In this document: positions 21,501-29,500 of the stretch, in pieces
Position numbering within the stretch: the first letter of the stretch is position 1
Layout: each line of letters opens with the position of its first letter
Notes under the pieces: model-generated
What the model saw: the letters and a program-made list of their open reading frames with translations, nothing else
What the model was told of the DNA's origin: nothing
The model's database searches: none
Assembly: GCA_000002435.2 (NCBI GenBank)
Contig: CM018790.1
Reading direction: 5' to 3' (one strand)
Source of the DNA: Giardia intestinalis
Taxonomy: Eukaryota
Length of the DNA stretch: 64,000 bases
Made by a program: the position numbers and the translations under genes

Positions 21501-22065
21501 TGATGTGGAACTCAATAGCCCTGGATCCCGAGTAACGCCGCATATAGCCGCGGAAATGGCTGTTCTTTCGTCGATCATAATCAAGCCCTTGATCTGCTAC
21601 GGTCCTCAGTGTGCATGCTGCAACGGATCCAGCATGCAGTTCATGACAAACAACCTCGGAATCCTTCTGGGAGGAACGGCAGGGCATGCCTTTTACCTTC
21701 CAATCTCGCATGACCTGGGTATCTTTTCAAAATTCTATAGCTATAGACATGAGACGCGCACATATGCGTTTGTCGGCTTTTCAAATATTGATAGATCAAT
21801 CCTTTTATCTTACAACAAGTACAGAAAGGTCCTCTCTCCCATCCCCACGCGGGAGGTAGAAGTGAAAAAGAAGAACGAGTTTACTCTAAAGCTTTTCGAG
21901 CGCCTTGATGATGCGGATGCGTCTGTCAAGAAGCTCTTTAATTGTCAGATCAATGACAGTGTAAAGGATATCGTGAGGCCAGTCGAAACTGGCCACGTCC
22001 AAATGTCTAATCAGATAATTCGACAGAATATCCTGAAGGCGTATATGCTAGAGCTCATGGCATGA
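12550..22065 (+). CDS. Giant hypothetical protein (~3170 aa) with WD40-like beta-propeller segments (e.g. around 16440-16760: VLVTGLSNGDVVLWNL, GFDVTALAFDPDSNILFCSSVTGLIRIYNYD). The likely start is MDREVHQTFYDGYENGHKVYY.
   Basis: Uninterrupted 9.5-kb ORF. The track start at 12379 overlaps the minus-strand gene. An AT-rich initiator-like aaaaaataaaatctggaaaacaacaagcaaagtgatt precedes the ATG at 12550. Confidence 0.65.
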   Translation: MDREVHQTFYDGYENGHKVYYSLRSLEEIEQDEALNDARDETMLSIDSHFRNLSDEALAVLEAIFVSDVPIGEFLSFHRPQVAKMNQQSDPTISHIASNLTKEAISSVKTYRRKYVNPSSVQIPRSRTITRILSQGQNNYQAVERTSPTDKEDRSLSYSNFVNTMKIAMNLSPHVSTEIFNLLCKGTPNKTHYLYDDLISSFSDIRSPLRTDFPLDAACAIYAQCTIHWLDLLNYLNARAGSISEQQLGIRLEPVPTPDSFCHRLTIDTCLYVEGLDIYMTCSRDNLAQFWLPPHLNLSLGQMKHLEYILKLDEIATHHFGLNRDFFEKLLYDLTELSDPAGKASADGQDAKGDHQRGHILTAKHRADFSSDGRTKRAIDTILNLTKFLDRMSLYDLHAEDISWLIKLSNTDNSISSYLKASDADIQSIGGTEAQELTHNKVDFSLIRSLTNPDTDKTVLPLKDNTNLPRLIVEDKESRPEAYKDSFTYSLVTAIRETDNALVSLRPRGTKIKRTLKPEVLAHYGPKFVQDLIEEEEQDRQKELELQKNIEQARTKYSNKTLLIGNSRVIKRIKEEFGLSGASAANEDAADVPGANLGTDPLASGRTHQRVHKDWADSVVTSEPPYETADMSIPDYRDGFGGSKYVGRTISGTARAVSGTGSSQQGRAFSALQRPSSNRAMHSSMYIAQHLSNSAVLGDSSRKQQRDVSARPNQRLPRLNDTDEDQQYLNATSSKEGTLAARMKMLSRPASLSAQAPPPPSKQNTSSYQRTRFNKHEFDNEAHAVEHPLSKLKAQYLQASQGDTKAEQNLERTRQIVKLSDAAILRQVRASTNIAVTEYVNPLYERLERHKVMAEMEKSTKSNVVRDVQATNPAYVASWASAAVYDKDNDCLVISCEGGCVRLYRISKDFDLIKKVQVADTSLNTLCSVSRTVSMLSINEYADTLKMLFIQLPTNTANDLLDKFNLQPIKARLWSAITNDHYIYTSEGFGIYDDYLFNNTFTIDLGHKSLDLSALNIDSSPAIFRSTDEREIKQHYINGLDFAISLTIPGYLSPSIAPRNGERPCKSKLFVSTTSNAIYFQLGKEDILKPAAVVTNYLGDPFLIGTTNKADAILLGGERNKFEALLPDGPPTINYRTLNEYTNFGPNTRRVFHSISVYNFYVLYNLELLFNYVHVKIGEIAKVCQTNNKDLIKAFFKRDLSIKVRGEEGYLDFASTKRQLNKQSAARNFSEDVGNAEGTTIDDIVQGIVEQIISSIEPIGSDSAISPIWKGAVKGIASFMNSKKSLWITCNQRWHSTHDNADVLVTGLSNGDVVLWNLVTLRPRIILHAFHGFDVTALAFDPDSNILFCSSVTGLIRIYNYDVTPIPIAEFKESASVLKLFYSQSSDLIIIVLVNGAVSLWSNRLYQQISRISTHMTPTTAEWDERNSLLLVCSREIKVFQLIGAEVNQEAKRVERTREDKLRRHRQREEEKQTQSLYSALEDPKDSLKKEVAAEDPLDHAEVVCNMGPHKSEVQLGQKSSAVVNLPMGSLGLPKSTTGYQLVPVTALDDVPNLINNPIYTSQNPSTKLVQSNTDSTSLNTSFQSTGQFSFDSASRNVSVNPTLQSTNPSNIQTAQENTISPNYISTIVPDLPDVALSSAAPLRLTNMPLQTTLVRREYPVSTLAYKREGGDRPDNHIDIAMIRQVGLDGRIEPSKYNVHDPCNAIKPVDLDRDLLRAHWANIVSIIDVSYYTTLSFNEVELLTLDLFKGLDDNLITFQSACAFGPKGTFTGLSNITMAPKPGVTAFAFNMGEDRNSPAYHRLSKLASSATIASVQPAVHGDNPDETNSNDFTHSPTATAQDPEVSNAPTEADDQPGRRLPLGLGEDRETFTTMPRRTYTVSSAARNRGYNFALARVFNSVVQDIMMGVSRNVGAPPTKPRRPPSFYNPPSEVFIPQVAQKALEKDYTPGDMRTSYSTYEPKTDNKYQLLPEEFLVHMKLFARPYRSMAYRPTPNSTSYMTKTNSQLRKELYNELHRRKSLVRIKFVRIVNDIYFSNLDFKTYEARVNLESQALRDESNGPKHSKDTSVELEAEKLFRSLVYKVDHSKRLQDKTSSLRSSKFHPHFSGRIVSKGLYGNNKFSLLRKSSVDGMPDLSAANTKTVITYRIGGGSEGGSPINSLINEMALPVQPPSAQGIFRRKVPITAADTRNLITFSASDLGSIVERTHLEREQSIETLIARNKALAIEEEDEHAGTSTSETDKTESILADVPISVRDSSQSTQSKKKPRSTVPNTNVSITSGHDLTVDERDSTIHTMHTTILTGEDRDLTTMVPEDDRHDSPSSRMSSSDEEGDLYQDDFEFNLFQGLNEEVEKNTLQIEKELNEKIAEQRMSAGKQASKRKLQLEAEATPITIPFKPMKPAYTRLAARQAMHMRKKIGGRTSNITGIDIVSQIAPNVVKKLDFLRDILDTELMPVPTSTLEGEPPKPVVARRKENILYETSISVTASTKEEAENFILKTEQERAARYKTKLYTIDSNGNISLWLLEQQFERVYDSSKYDVQSLKDDSDEESSGDILPGQPSLSSVQKRPSSVSAGALHGHTNSRLKRIAALTIDTTSSPHSEQAQARASSAANVTTRHTGQSKLVKGLTKEADVSIFKRKDKIVEKPTFITTYKVELPNNVQITSASFDHAQSIILCGLSNGNALVYSIDLTEVISSYNVSNCAKAAVNFYHSCSPSTNKDQVWRKELLDFGSVLTTGYFQTKFTEGYLRDYIFTSGRLALCYCESNTEKLSRKFVNEKLNEYMISQDMEGLNCPPRAILTGHTGGVICIANSRNYSYLITADDEGLLIYWQSIGVAKAKLYFSDQRILSVVFAEEEIVPGAAFLALSDGSIWIITPNCRYRIFTIGLPVENIGHNTIKLATTVVQVRELEDSTPVRQMLLAICINNVILVYRIYANLKLVEVLRPDGTPSAVPSENATALANDLNRRGSIGNLSARKDSPPIDVELNSPGSRVTPHIAAEMAVLSSIIIKPLICYGPQCACCNGSSMQFMTNNLGILLGGTAGHAFYLPISHDLGIFSKFYSYRHETRTYAFVGFSNIDRSILLSYNKYRKVLSPIPTREVEVKKKNEFTLKLFERLDDADASVKKLFNCQINDSVKDIVRPVETGHVQMSNQIIRQNILKAYMLELMA

Positions 22066-22165
22066 GACTAGCAGACACAGGGAAAAACTTGGTGTCTGTT
22101 TCACCTTCCTCTCTTGGTTAATAATTGCTAGTATAAGTAGATAAAATTTTACGGCGACGTAACAT

Positions 22166-23446
22166 TTGCACATGATTGGCCAGGCTCACGGGAGTTACTT
22201 TGCGCCTGCGCCAGCCGAAACCAGGGTGTCTATTCAGCGCGCTGTAAAGCAGACGAATACCGTTCAGCGGCCACGGCTGGCAGACGTCATTTTAGCTTCG
22301 GACCACTGGTGTTCAATGCTGACAGGCTTCACCCCCGATCAGGTGCGCCTGCTGCATGCAATTGGAACCGCTGACCCAGAACAAATCGTGCTGTCTCTGC
22401 GTCCGCGGGTTCAGTGGAGCATCAGCTTACTTAAGCGCAAAAATCAAGAGCCAGATCACCAAGACGCCGCCGCGTTTAGTAAGAAACGTGCCCGCCGTCG
22501 AAAGCGCATGTTTGAGGCTGATGACAGTCTTATCGTCCTTCTCACATATCTACACCAAGGCTGTGCTTTAATGGAGGTGTATGATAAGCTCAACCTGGAC
22601 CGTCACTGCAGCGCGGCGACGGAGCAGCGCAGACAGCAAACGTATACGGATATTAACAGTATCAAGAGCGATCTAGATCACAATCTTCATGATATGTCTG
22701 CCATGCTCCGCAAGGTACAGCAAAATAAGGTTGCACGTACAAGCATGCTAATAAAGGACGCCATCACAAACATGAAGGCATCATTTGTGCGCGCCTTTAT
22801 TGAGCTTCCGCGGGAATTCCGTGACGAGCTATTTCCACCATTTCCAGAAACAGACTTCCCAGAGCTGAATGCTTGTCCCCTTATGATAGACTTGCGGACA
22901 CAGAGCACTCCACGCCAATCTAGGCTAGGCGTTGATACAGAGGACCAGCTGAGTGGCCAGCGATTGCGATCAGAAGTCTGGATTGGTAGAACGGGTCTCG
23001 CTGCGTTCGTGTTCAGTAACTCTACATCCTCGGACAGATTGTGCTTTGTTTCCAGAGAAGCCAGCGAGAGCACGGAGCTTCTTTCTTTCATTGGGGTAGA
23101 TCCTGTATTGTTGAATTTGGGAAACCAGGTTGACATAACCATGTCCGTACAAGTCTGTGCAGCCCGGGAGGCTGTGCTAGAGGAAAGAAGAGCAATTGTG
23201 TCCCGGCATTATAACCGTGCTGCTGCCCTGTTTCAGTCTGTTACGAGCTGTTACCGAAGAGACCCCTCGACGTACTCTGACTTCATTGTACTAATTCACG
23301 CGTTGACGAATTATCACATTCTAGAGAACATGTTTGTGGAGAACACTATAGCAGATAAGTTACAGTGGGGTAAGGATGAGGGTCGTGTTCACGAGAACGA
23401 CACACAGCACCCTTCCGAACCACACGAAATTGACGTTGCACTATAG
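22166..23446 (+). CDS. Hypothetical protein, 426 aa, no recognisable domain.
   Basis: A clean ORF occupying the gap between flanking genes. It overlaps the downstream convergent gene by 6 bp at the stop. Confidence 0.5.
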   Translation: MHMIGQAHGSYFAPAPAETRVSIQRAVKQTNTVQRPRLADVILASDHWCSMLTGFTPDQVRLLHAIGTADPEQIVLSLRPRVQWSISLLKRKNQEPDHQDAAAFSKKRARRRKRMFEADDSLIVLLTYLHQGCALMEVYDKLNLDRHCSAATEQRRQQTYTDINSIKSDLDHNLHDMSAMLRKVQQNKVARTSMLIKDAITNMKASFVRAFIELPREFRDELFPPFPETDFPELNACPLMIDLRTQSTPRQSRLGVDTEDQLSGQRLRSEVWIGRTGLAAFVFSNSTSSDRLCFVSREASESTELLSFIGVDPVLLNLGNQVDITMSVQVCAAREAVLEERRAIVSRHYNRAAALFQSVTSCYRRDPSTYSDFIVLIHALTNYHILENMFVENTIADKLQWGKDEGRVHENDTQHPSEPHEIDVAL

Positions 23447-26269
23447 AAGCACAGAGACAAGGTTACGTCTATTTTCCTCGCGAGCTATATCGATTGCTTT
23501 CCGCCCGTCCCTTGTCTTAATATCTCTTTCTCTGCTGCAGAGGACCTGCACACAGCCAAGATGGTTGTGCCTTATTGCGATTATGAGGGCAGTCACACCA
23601 ATACCACTCTTGTAGCATTCATTTGTCACCATTCCTCCCTCATACTCCAGCAGCAGTTTGGCACAACTGGTATGCCCGTACTGCGCAGCAAACATAAGCG
23701 CCGTCCAGCCCCCTTCGCTGTAGCTCCGAATGCCATGATTCAGCTTGATGAGCTGCTCCACAGCTGTGGCATTTCCCAGTGCAGCATATGCCATGAGATA
23801 CGTTCCTCCCCATAGGTGAACCTCTGCCAGGAGAAGGTTCGCACAACTTACGTTCTGCCCTCTAATTGCGTAGTAGAGCGCAGGCTTGCGCGGTGAAAGC
23901 TGTATACATAGCTCACGAAGCAACGGGCAAACAGACTCTGTGTCACTACCGGAAGCAGCTAACGCAAGAGCGGACATTAGCCCGCGTCTAAGCGCCGATA
24001 CCTTGCAGCAGTCATCAAGGTACTCTCCAGGTATATGCTCTGCATGAAGGCCACGTTCCTCAATTACCTTCATGAGCTCAGTTTGCTCAGAGCCATAGAG
24101 GCCGTTTCTTTTGCTGCATGGGAGGCTACGCAGAAATATTGTGGGATTGGCAGCGTAGTATGCACAAATTGTAGGAAGAACGATATATGCCCCGATATCG
24201 AGTGCATAGTCTATGATGTTTGAACTTACTATCTCCTCATCCTCCGATTGCAAACCGTTTCTCTTACGTTTGTATGGCATGGACGCTTCGATAGCAAGAA
24301 GAGAGCTTATCAATGTTGCATTGTGTGTTTCAATAGCGTACATGAGCGCACATCGGCCCAGACAATCTGTCTTACTGACCTGTTCCGAAATCACTGGGTC
24401 ATGGACGTCAATGTGGGTAATTGAGCCCCGAAGCGTATTATAGATAATGTCTGTGACGCAGCAATTGGCTAAAAAGTAATCTGCCACTGCATTAAGACAC
24501 GCAACAGATCCCGGGCCATAGCTTGTCGAGCCGGCAGCGTAGGATACAACTGTTTGGCCATACCTGTCACAGAGGTCAAATTCGTACGGCAACATCACTG
24601 TCACCAAGGCATCATATCCCTTTGCGGCTGCGAACATCAGTGCCGTTTGCCCCATCATGTTCTGGTATCTGGCTATTGAGGGTACCCGGAACAGTAAAAC
24701 TTGAACTGATTCTGGGTGACCGGTGAGGATGGCAAGCATGGAGATGTTAAGGTATCCTGTTTCCTTGTTGGTGATAGAAAAGAGCTCCAAAGGGAGCTTG
24801 TGTTCTTGACAATCTAAATTGGTAGAGACGGAGGGGATATCGGGTACAAGCGCAGACAGTATTATTTCAAGACACTTGACGTTCCCATAAAGGGCAGCAA
24901 GCATAGCTGCTGTAATCCTCTCGCACTGACAATTAAGATACTGAAGGGACTGCATTACAAGATTTGAGTCCCCAGATACCGCAGCGGCCATTAGAGGCGT
25001 AAACCCTGCAAGCCCAACTTCATACTGAGCCAATTGTTTAACGCACGACCAGTGTCCTGCCTTCAGGGCAAGTGACAGGGCACAAAAAAGGTCGGTTGTC
25101 TGTCCTAGCTCCATAAGTGCCGCAAGCTTCTCCTCTGTAACAGGGCGATACCCTCGGCACTGAACAAGGAATTGATGCCTCTGTTCAGACCACCTGTCTA
25201 AATGCATGATGATTCTAGTCTCTTCAGCGCAATTAGCAGGCGCATTAGTGAATTTCTGGGGAGTACACTTGAAATTCAAGAGCTCCCTAACGATCTCTTC
25301 GGACCCCATTTCTGCGGCAATCATTAAAGCTGTCTTGCCGGTCTCTACATCATACTGCCGTAGATGCTGGTATATGCGCCCAGTCTCGATTAGTCTTTTA
25401 AGCTGTTTGAGATCGGCCTCACGTACAGCCTCAATGAGCAGTGATCGCGCTCCCACTGCGAGGGGTGTTGCTTCACGGGGCTCACTGCAGCCTACTGGAA
25501 ATACATATGGATTGTCACGTATGGTCAGGCCTGAAGAAATGTTTATGCATGCATCTTTCAACGGTGGAGGGTCGCTTGAAGTATCAATCTGATTAGTAAG
25601 TAACTTCTGCTTGGGGGGAGTGAGGAAAAGACCCACCCTTTTCTCCGCTGCAAGAACCTGCATGGCCCTATTCCGCAAGGTCGCTGCCGAAATCCGTTCC
25701 TGTGGATTTGCTGCAAGGCAGCGCCGGATGAGCTCCTGGGTGTTTGTAATGGGATTGCTATTATAATACTCCTTCAGTAAGGCTGCGGATACTTGTTGAA
25801 GAAAGGAAAGTTCATAGGAGACACAGCCCAATGCCCAAACCCCCAGTAATGGAGGATCGCTATGATAGGTAGTGAGGTCTGGAGGACGGAAGCGGCGATC
25901 AGCCCTGCGGAAGAGTTGCACAGCAGAGCTCATTGGTCTCCTATTATTACAATAGTCGAAGTCAAGGACCACGTCGCATGCAGCTATCAGAAATTCCAAA
26001 ACAGTTACTTCGGACAGGAGACTGGTCTTTGAAGATGGAGCATCTTGCCATTCAGAATGAATGCGCTTGCAAGATCCCAAAAATTGCAAAAACGTATCTG
26101 TGTTGATGTCTTCGTGCGGAGTATTCAGCCGGGGCAGAACAACCCGTAAAACCACGGGCATCAGCTCACTGAGAAGATCCCAATAAACTCCCGGTTGAAG
26201 AAGATGTCCCTCTCTCCTTCCATTCCCAGAGTCGCCTTCTGAAGAATGTAAGTCTCCATGTGAGGTCAT
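23441..26269 (-). CDS. Ankyrin-repeat protein of the Giardia 'protein 21.1' type (942 aa, at least 8 ANK repeats).
   Basis: Repeated G-x-TALM-x-AA ankyrin cores: GKTALMIAAEMGSEEIVRELL, GFTPLMAAAVSGDSNLV, GQTALMFAAAKGYDALVTVML, GRCALMYAIETHNATLISSLL, GWTALMFAAQYGHTSCAKLLL, GVTALIIAIRHNHLGCVQVL. Confidence 0.8.
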   Translation of the reverse strand: MTSHGDLHSSEGDSGNGRREGHLLQPGVYWDLLSELMPVVLRVVLPRLNTPHEDINTDTFLQFLGSCKRIHSEWQDAPSSKTSLLSEVTVLEFLIAACDVVLDFDYCNNRRPMSSAVQLFRRADRRFRPPDLTTYHSDPPLLGVWALGCVSYELSFLQQVSAALLKEYYNSNPITNTQELIRRCLAANPQERISAATLRNRAMQVLAAEKRVGLFLTPPKQKLLTNQIDTSSDPPPLKDACINISSGLTIRDNPYVFPVGCSEPREATPLAVGARSLLIEAVREADLKQLKRLIETGRIYQHLRQYDVETGKTALMIAAEMGSEEIVRELLNFKCTPQKFTNAPANCAEETRIIMHLDRWSEQRHQFLVQCRGYRPVTEEKLAALMELGQTTDLFCALSLALKAGHWSCVKQLAQYEVGLAGFTPLMAAAVSGDSNLVMQSLQYLNCQCERITAAMLAALYGNVKCLEIILSALVPDIPSVSTNLDCQEHKLPLELFSITNKETGYLNISMLAILTGHPESVQVLLFRVPSIARYQNMMGQTALMFAAAKGYDALVTVMLPYEFDLCDRYGQTVVSYAAGSTSYGPGSVACLNAVADYFLANCCVTDIIYNTLRGSITHIDVHDPVISEQVSKTDCLGRCALMYAIETHNATLISSLLAIEASMPYKRKRNGLQSEDEEIVSSNIIDYALDIGAYIVLPTICAYYAANPTIFLRSLPCSKRNGLYGSEQTELMKVIEERGLHAEHIPGEYLDDCCKVSALRRGLMSALALAASGSDTESVCPLLRELCIQLSPRKPALYYAIRGQNVSCANLLLAEVHLWGGTYLMAYAALGNATAVEQLIKLNHGIRSYSEGGWTALMFAAQYGHTSCAKLLLEYEGGMVTNECYKSGIGVTALIIAIRHNHLGCVQVLCSRERDIKTRDGRKAIDIAREENRRNLVSVLL

Positions 26270-26527
26270 TAATTATGACAATCATTTATTACACTATGGC
26301 ATATTAAATAATGATTGAAGTCTTAGCCAAAGTTAATTAAAATACTGAACAGCAGTTTACCCCACCAGCAACCACTTGATGTAAGAGCTACAGAAGCAGG
26401 TTACATACTGCGCAAGAGGCTTCCACCAGAAAAAGCGCTAATCTTTCTCAAAGTAATTATCATCTCAACAAGCAATCAAAGCTATTTTGTACGTCTGAAG
26501 ACGTTATACATTTTAAAAATCTGTGGA

Positions 26528-29500
26528 ATGAGCTCCGGGGCTCAGGATAGCGGGCGCACCCATTCTGGAAGTCCGTACAACTATACAGGCCACAGGGTTA
26601 GCCTGACAGGGACTCGTGGAGAGCCATCACTCCCCAATGCTGCGGGGTCGGGAGTTCTCGGAACAGGCAGAAAGGTATCCATTGACCTCGTTACCTACGT
26701 GAAACAGCTTGAGCAGAGGGGCACTTTTGAGATGAAGCATCAGGAAGCAACCCTTGAAAGGGCCGGAAACCACGACTTTACTCGTCTCTCTATGGCACAG
26801 CGTCGTAGCCTCGTTGGGATCCGTGATCCGGCAGATGCTACAGCGGATGATCCACGGAAGCTAGAAATCAAAAAGGAGACGGAGAAAGCGGTCGATCTCC
26901 TCGCTTTTGACTACCATATGAAGACGGTCAAGCAGGTCCAGGCGCGGCTCGGTGTGGACCCCGAAAAGGGGCTTACGCAGGAACAACGTGAGCTTCTTCT
27001 CAAGCAGAATGGTCCAAACAAGGTCCCCGAACCAAAGAAGCCCAATGGCTGCGTCCTTTTCCTGAAGACGCAACGCGACTTCTTTGCCATACTGCTCTGG
27101 GTGGCGGCGATAGTATCAATAATAAGTTTCCTAATTCAAAAGTATGTTCAGGGTCACGAGGAAATGCATAACATTTATCTAGGAATAGCCCTTATTTTGA
27201 TCAATATAATGAGCGGGCTTATCACCTACTTCCAAGAAGCCAAAACGACAAGCATCATGAGCTCTTTTGCCAACCTTACGCCAAATAGAGCATGGGTGTT
27301 GATAGATGGTAAGGAGGTTGAAGTGGACTCAGAAACGCTGGTCAGGGGCGATGTAGTGATTCTCCGCAACGGGAGCAAGATACCAGCAGATGTCAGGATA
27401 TTCCAAGCAAACTCTTTGAAGGTTGACATGTCCAGCTTCACGGGAGAAAGCGAGCCTCAGACCCGCAAGACAGAGCCCAGTCCCGAGAACGTGCATCCAC
27501 TAGAAGCGGCTAACATAGGGTTCTTCACTACCCTTATTCTCAACGGTGAAGGGCGGGGCATTGTTGTTGAGACAGGGGCAAACACTATGATGGGTAAACT
27601 GGCTCACTCCATTAACTCACAGAAACAGGAATTGACGCCCATTCAGGTGGAGATAAACCGCTTTGTTAAGCTTATCTCTATAATCGCCATCTGTATTGGA
27701 GTGTTGTTCTTCATCTTGAGCTTGTCGCTGGGGATCGAATGGCTGGAATCCTTCTTGTTTGGAGTAGGAATTATCGTGGCCAACGTCCCTGAGGGGCTGT
27801 CTTTGACAATCGCTGTCTCCCTAACGTTGGCTGCCAAGCGTATGAAGAATAAGAATATCCTTGTAAAGCAGCTCTCTTCTGTCGAGACATTGGGCTCTTG
27901 CTCTGTAATATGTAGCGATAAAACAGGGACAATTACGGCCAACCAGATGAACGTCTCCCATCTTTGGGCGCCGCGTAAGGAGTTCTTTGATACTGAGCCT
28001 CAACTGTGTGATTGCAATCCGAACTTTGCTAAGGGTTCTTTTAGTATCAGTAGACCTGAGTACCATCTTTCCAACCAAGACCTGTCCGAAGTTCCCCCAC
28101 AATGCAGGCCAGGCAGCTCATTCAGCTACACAACTACGCTCTCGTGGAGAATGTATTACATCATTGCCAAACTGTGTTCTCGCTCTAGCTTCATTGACAC
28201 TCCTGAAAATCAATCTAGCAATCTGTTCCACAAAGCAGTGAAGGGGGATGCCTCAGAGGCAGGTATCCTCCGATTCACGACTGCCACAGCGGAGTATTCG
28301 TCGCTTGGAATCTCATTTACACCGGAGGACATCGCGCCCAAAATTGCGGAGTTACCTTTCAACAGCACGAACAAGTTTCAGTCTTCTATACACGCTCTTT
28401 CCGAAGATTTTCTTCGTCGAGCCTTTGTATCTAGCAATCATAAAAATCTTTTTGGAGAAGATGTGAGCAAATACTATAGAGACGAGTGTGGACTAGCCAA
28501 GGGCGTTCATCTGGCCGTTATGAAGGGGGCTCCTGAGCGCATTATCGAGCGCTGTACCTACTACCTCAATGACGACTTTGAAGGCAGCATCAGCTGTATA
28601 GACCCGAATACAGAGCAAGGTATTGCGGAGCGGAACAAGTTCATGATATCGTACTCTGCTGCTTACGAAAGAATCGCAGGATTTGGGGAAAGAGTACTCG
28701 GTCTTGCATTTCGGATAATACCAGACGGGAAGCGTAGCACTACGCCAATCGACGGCCTTGAGGGTAAGATATTTTATGATGCAGAGTCAGTAGACTTCCC
28801 TGGGATTCATGAAATGGTTTTCGTAGGGCTTATTTCCCTCCACGATCCTCCAAAGGATGGGGTTCTTGCATCGGTGCAGCAGTGTTCTAAAGCACATATC
28901 TCTGTGGCAATGGTTACAGGCGACCACTATCTGACAGCGCAAGCCATTGCAGCCCAGGTGAGCATCATCAAGGATGTTGACGACGTCGATATGTATACGA
29001 CCCCACAATCTTTGAATCTGCAGAAGAATGATCCATTTGTTACACGTTTCAGCTCTGCAGCTGAGCAGTTCCAAAAGCTGGCAGATAACAAAGCCGCTAC
29101 CAGCAATGGCAATCAGGGTGATGCAGAGATTGACGCAACGGCGAAGAAAACAAAGAAATCCTGGTGTAAGAAAAAGGGTGGATACAAGGAGGATCTCAAC
29201 AAATTCTCGCGCAACAACCGCGCCCAGTTCTCTCCCTTTCCACCCAGTGACCTCCTCAAGACGTCTGCTGTTATGACAGGAGATGTTTTGATAAACCTTT
29301 CACCCTTACATCTTCAGGAGTTTGTAGCCATATACTCTTCAATTGTTTTCGCACGTACAACCCCGGACCAGAAGCTTGCCATTGTTGACGCCTACAAGAA
29401 CAACGGGAAGGTGGTAGCGGTGTCTGGAGACGGCTCCAACGACGCCCCAGCCCTGAAGTGCGCAGACATCGGAGTAGCCATGGCTAGTGGATCCGATGTT

